DNA of 64,000 bases from Pavona decussata. Lineage: Eukaryota. The DNA is taken from contig CDRNST010000218.1 of NCBI GenBank assembly GCA_977016875.1, forward strand, positions 1,364,001-1,428,000, in the 5' to 3' direction. A program made the translations under genes and the position numbers. Every line of letters starts with the position of its first letter. Within the stretch, counting starts at the first letter, position 1. Below are positions 61,984 through 64,000 of the stretch, piece after piece. The notes beneath the pieces were generated by a model. It was not told where the DNA came from and ran no database searches. It saw only the letters and a list, made by a program, of their open reading frames with translations.

Positions 61984-62887
61984 ATGACTCGCAAGAAAAA
62001 CAAACGTGGAGACCGCGGTTCGACAGAGGAAGAGACAAACGTCACTAAATGGCCAAATAAAAAACCAAATGCCCACGAAGAAGATAACGAAAACATGGCG
62101 GACCATAAAGAATCTGATGCAGCTTCGGAGTGAGAACCAACACTTTATGAAATACGTGACATGTTAGCGGACCTTCAAAAGTCGGTCACAAGCATCTTAA
62201 AAGAGAACTCTACTTTGAGAGAGGACATAAAACAGTTAAAATTGTCCCTTCAGTCAAAAGAAAGAGAAGTCAGCGTTTTAAAAACATCATTGGAAAAGGC
62301 GTCAAAAACTAATAAAACTCTGAAGACCGAACTTCAACAAACTAAAGATAAACTCCAGAAACAAGTGGAAGAGACGGACAATCTACACAGCGCTCGATGA
62401 TTTAGAGTAGTATACCAGGAAAAACAGCCTAGAAATTCATGGGATACCAGATGATTGCTATTCTTCGATGACGGAAGAGGTAGTATTAAAATTGGCAACC
62501 GCGTTAAATGTTAATGTTAATCTTAGTCACATTGAAATAACACACAAACTCAAACGATGTGGCAATAATTCGAAACCAGTTATTGTCAAATTTATTAGCC
62601 ACAAAATTAAAACGAGTTTATATAAGGAAAGAGTTAAGTTAAGGAATGTTAAAGTGTCGGATGTGTTTCCCGGTTATGCCAACGCAGTGAGAACCGAAAA
62701 ACCTCGAATCTTTCTCAACGAAAACTTGACGAATTATAGACGAGGACTTGTATCGAGAGCAAGCAAAATGAAAAAAGGTGGGCTTTTGACGAGTTTTTGG
62801 ACAATCAATGGCAAAATCTTTGTTAAAACATTGCCGAGTGGTGATCCTGTTCGAATCCTCAGTGACTATAATTTAGACAACCTGTGA
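61984..62887 (+). pseudogene. LINE ORF1 (coiled coil + RRM-like, Transposase_22-type)
   Basis: Heptad region, then LDDLE*YTRKNSLEIHGIP, IEITHKL, KPVIVKFISHK, IFLNENLT, WTINGKIFVK. Confidence 0.85.
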
Positions 62888-63053
62888 GTGAACTTGTTGT
62901 TTTACTTGACAAAACAATGTTTGAATTGACAGAGAAAAATTTACCGTTACTGTAATCCTTACAAATAATCTTATTAGCTTGTTGATTAACTCAGAGAGGA
63001 GGGAAATATGGGTGGGAGCATTTACGAAGGTTAGTACCCAATTCGGACTTTAA

Positions 63054-63667
63054 AGTGCCCCTAACCCTTCAATTTGTTTTCTTTTGGTAGATTTCCATAT
63101 CTGTGAAGAACTCATTTTCGAACATTTTTTTTTAGAAGTATTGAATCCTTTTTTTTTACGAGCGCTAAAAGTGACTGAAATTTTTAAATTTTTGCGTGCT
63201 TTAAGCCCCGCTGGACAAATTTTTGTCTCGTGGGCTCATTAGGAATGAGCCAATGAGGAGCGTCCGATATTTGACACTTTCTTGGCTGTAACGTAAGAAA
63301 AGGACACCAGAAGGATTCAGAAGGAATCTTATGCATGCTGATTCCTTTCTCTCCATTTCAAAAGTTGCTGCATCCAAAAACCACACATTTTTCAACCATT
63401 TACTCTGTTTACAATTGAAGCATTGCCGCCAATCTTCGGATATTTTTGCACGATGTCCTTTTCTTACATCATGCTCCATATTTGAACACATTTGGCCGAG
63501 TGGGGGACTAATGCGAACGACAGGTGAAAATATCGACAAGACTGCCTTCACTTCTAGCGCTCGTAAAAAAAAAGGATTCAATATTTCTCAAAAATTTTTT
63601 CGAAAATGAGTTCTTGAAAGATATGGAAATCTACCAAAAGAAAACAAATTGAAGGGTTAGGGGCACT
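63054..63667. mobile_element. Palindromic Kolobok-like MITE, TTAA TSD, in the LINE inter-ORF spacer
   Basis: TTAA-AGTGCCCCTAACCCTTCAATTTG ... CAAATTGAAGGGTTAGGGGCACT-TTAA, with long inverted arms. Confidence 0.9.
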
Positions 63668-63762
63668 TTAAGTGTTCTGTGTTCTATATTTTCGTTTTAT
63701 TTGTCTAGTTTTCGTCATATTTTTGAGTGTATTTATTAAAGCACATTTTGTATTGGATGTGA

Positions 63763-63866
63763 TGTCTAACAAACAAATATGTTAAAATCATCTCCCTAAA
63801 TGTTCCAGGTATTAGAGATACGATAAAGAGGAGTAGCATTTTTACATATCGTAAAGATCAAAAGGT
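63763..63866 (+). pseudogene. Start of Tx1/L1 ORF2 AP-endonuclease, truncated
   Basis: KIISLNVPGIRDTIKRSSIFTY.KDQK matches the I-S-L-N-V-R-G APE start. Confidence 0.7.
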
Positions 63867-64000
63867 ATAACATTGAAAAGATTATTTTATACATCCATGC
63901 ATACATACTTGTATTCTGGGTAGAATGTGTTTCGTAGAGCGCTCAATTCGTTTGATTGAAGAGCAATGTATAATTCTTGATAGGTTAAAAATTGCCTGAT

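Noticed and set aside
231-63609. Numerous 60-140-aa ORFs in the track (e.g. 231-635, 16440-16841, 22018-22422, 53502-53897, 63201-63581)
   Set aside because: These are antisense or alternative-frame shadows of TE genes, or chance ORFs in MITEs and TIRs.

Overview
Eukaryotic, AT-rich (probably stony-coral/cnidarian, judged from the MITE, SINE and transposon families) heterochromatin-like window made almost entirely of nested, mostly decayed transposable elements. No clear host housekeeping gene is present. From left to right: (1) a Myb/SANT-like ORF; (2) Tx1/L1 debris with a MITE and a solo BEL-type LTR; (3) an EnSpm/CACTA transposase split in frame by a 6.86-kb CAC...GTG element (40-bp TIRs, 3-bp TSD AAT), which carries a spliced RAG1/Transib/Chapaev-fold transposase lacking both halves of the canonical zinc site plus a convergent orphan gene; (4) a BEN-domain gene cut by a BEL/Pao retrotransposon, itself carrying a TTAA MITE; (5) an RPA70-like OB-fold gene split in frame by a complete Academ element; (6) a complete-ended Sola3 element; (7) a pogo-type transposase with a PHD finger and a neighbouring stand-alone HIRAN gene; (8) a ~5.95-kb tandem duplication of a Mutator element, the second copy interrupted by a two-LTR BEL element containing an L2 3' end; (9) the 5' part of a Tx1/L1 LINE with a palindromic MITE. 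The best candidate for an undescribed system is the two-gene, zinc-site-less RAG1-fold transposon at 5536-12399. Family assignments come from motif recognition by eye, not from database searches.
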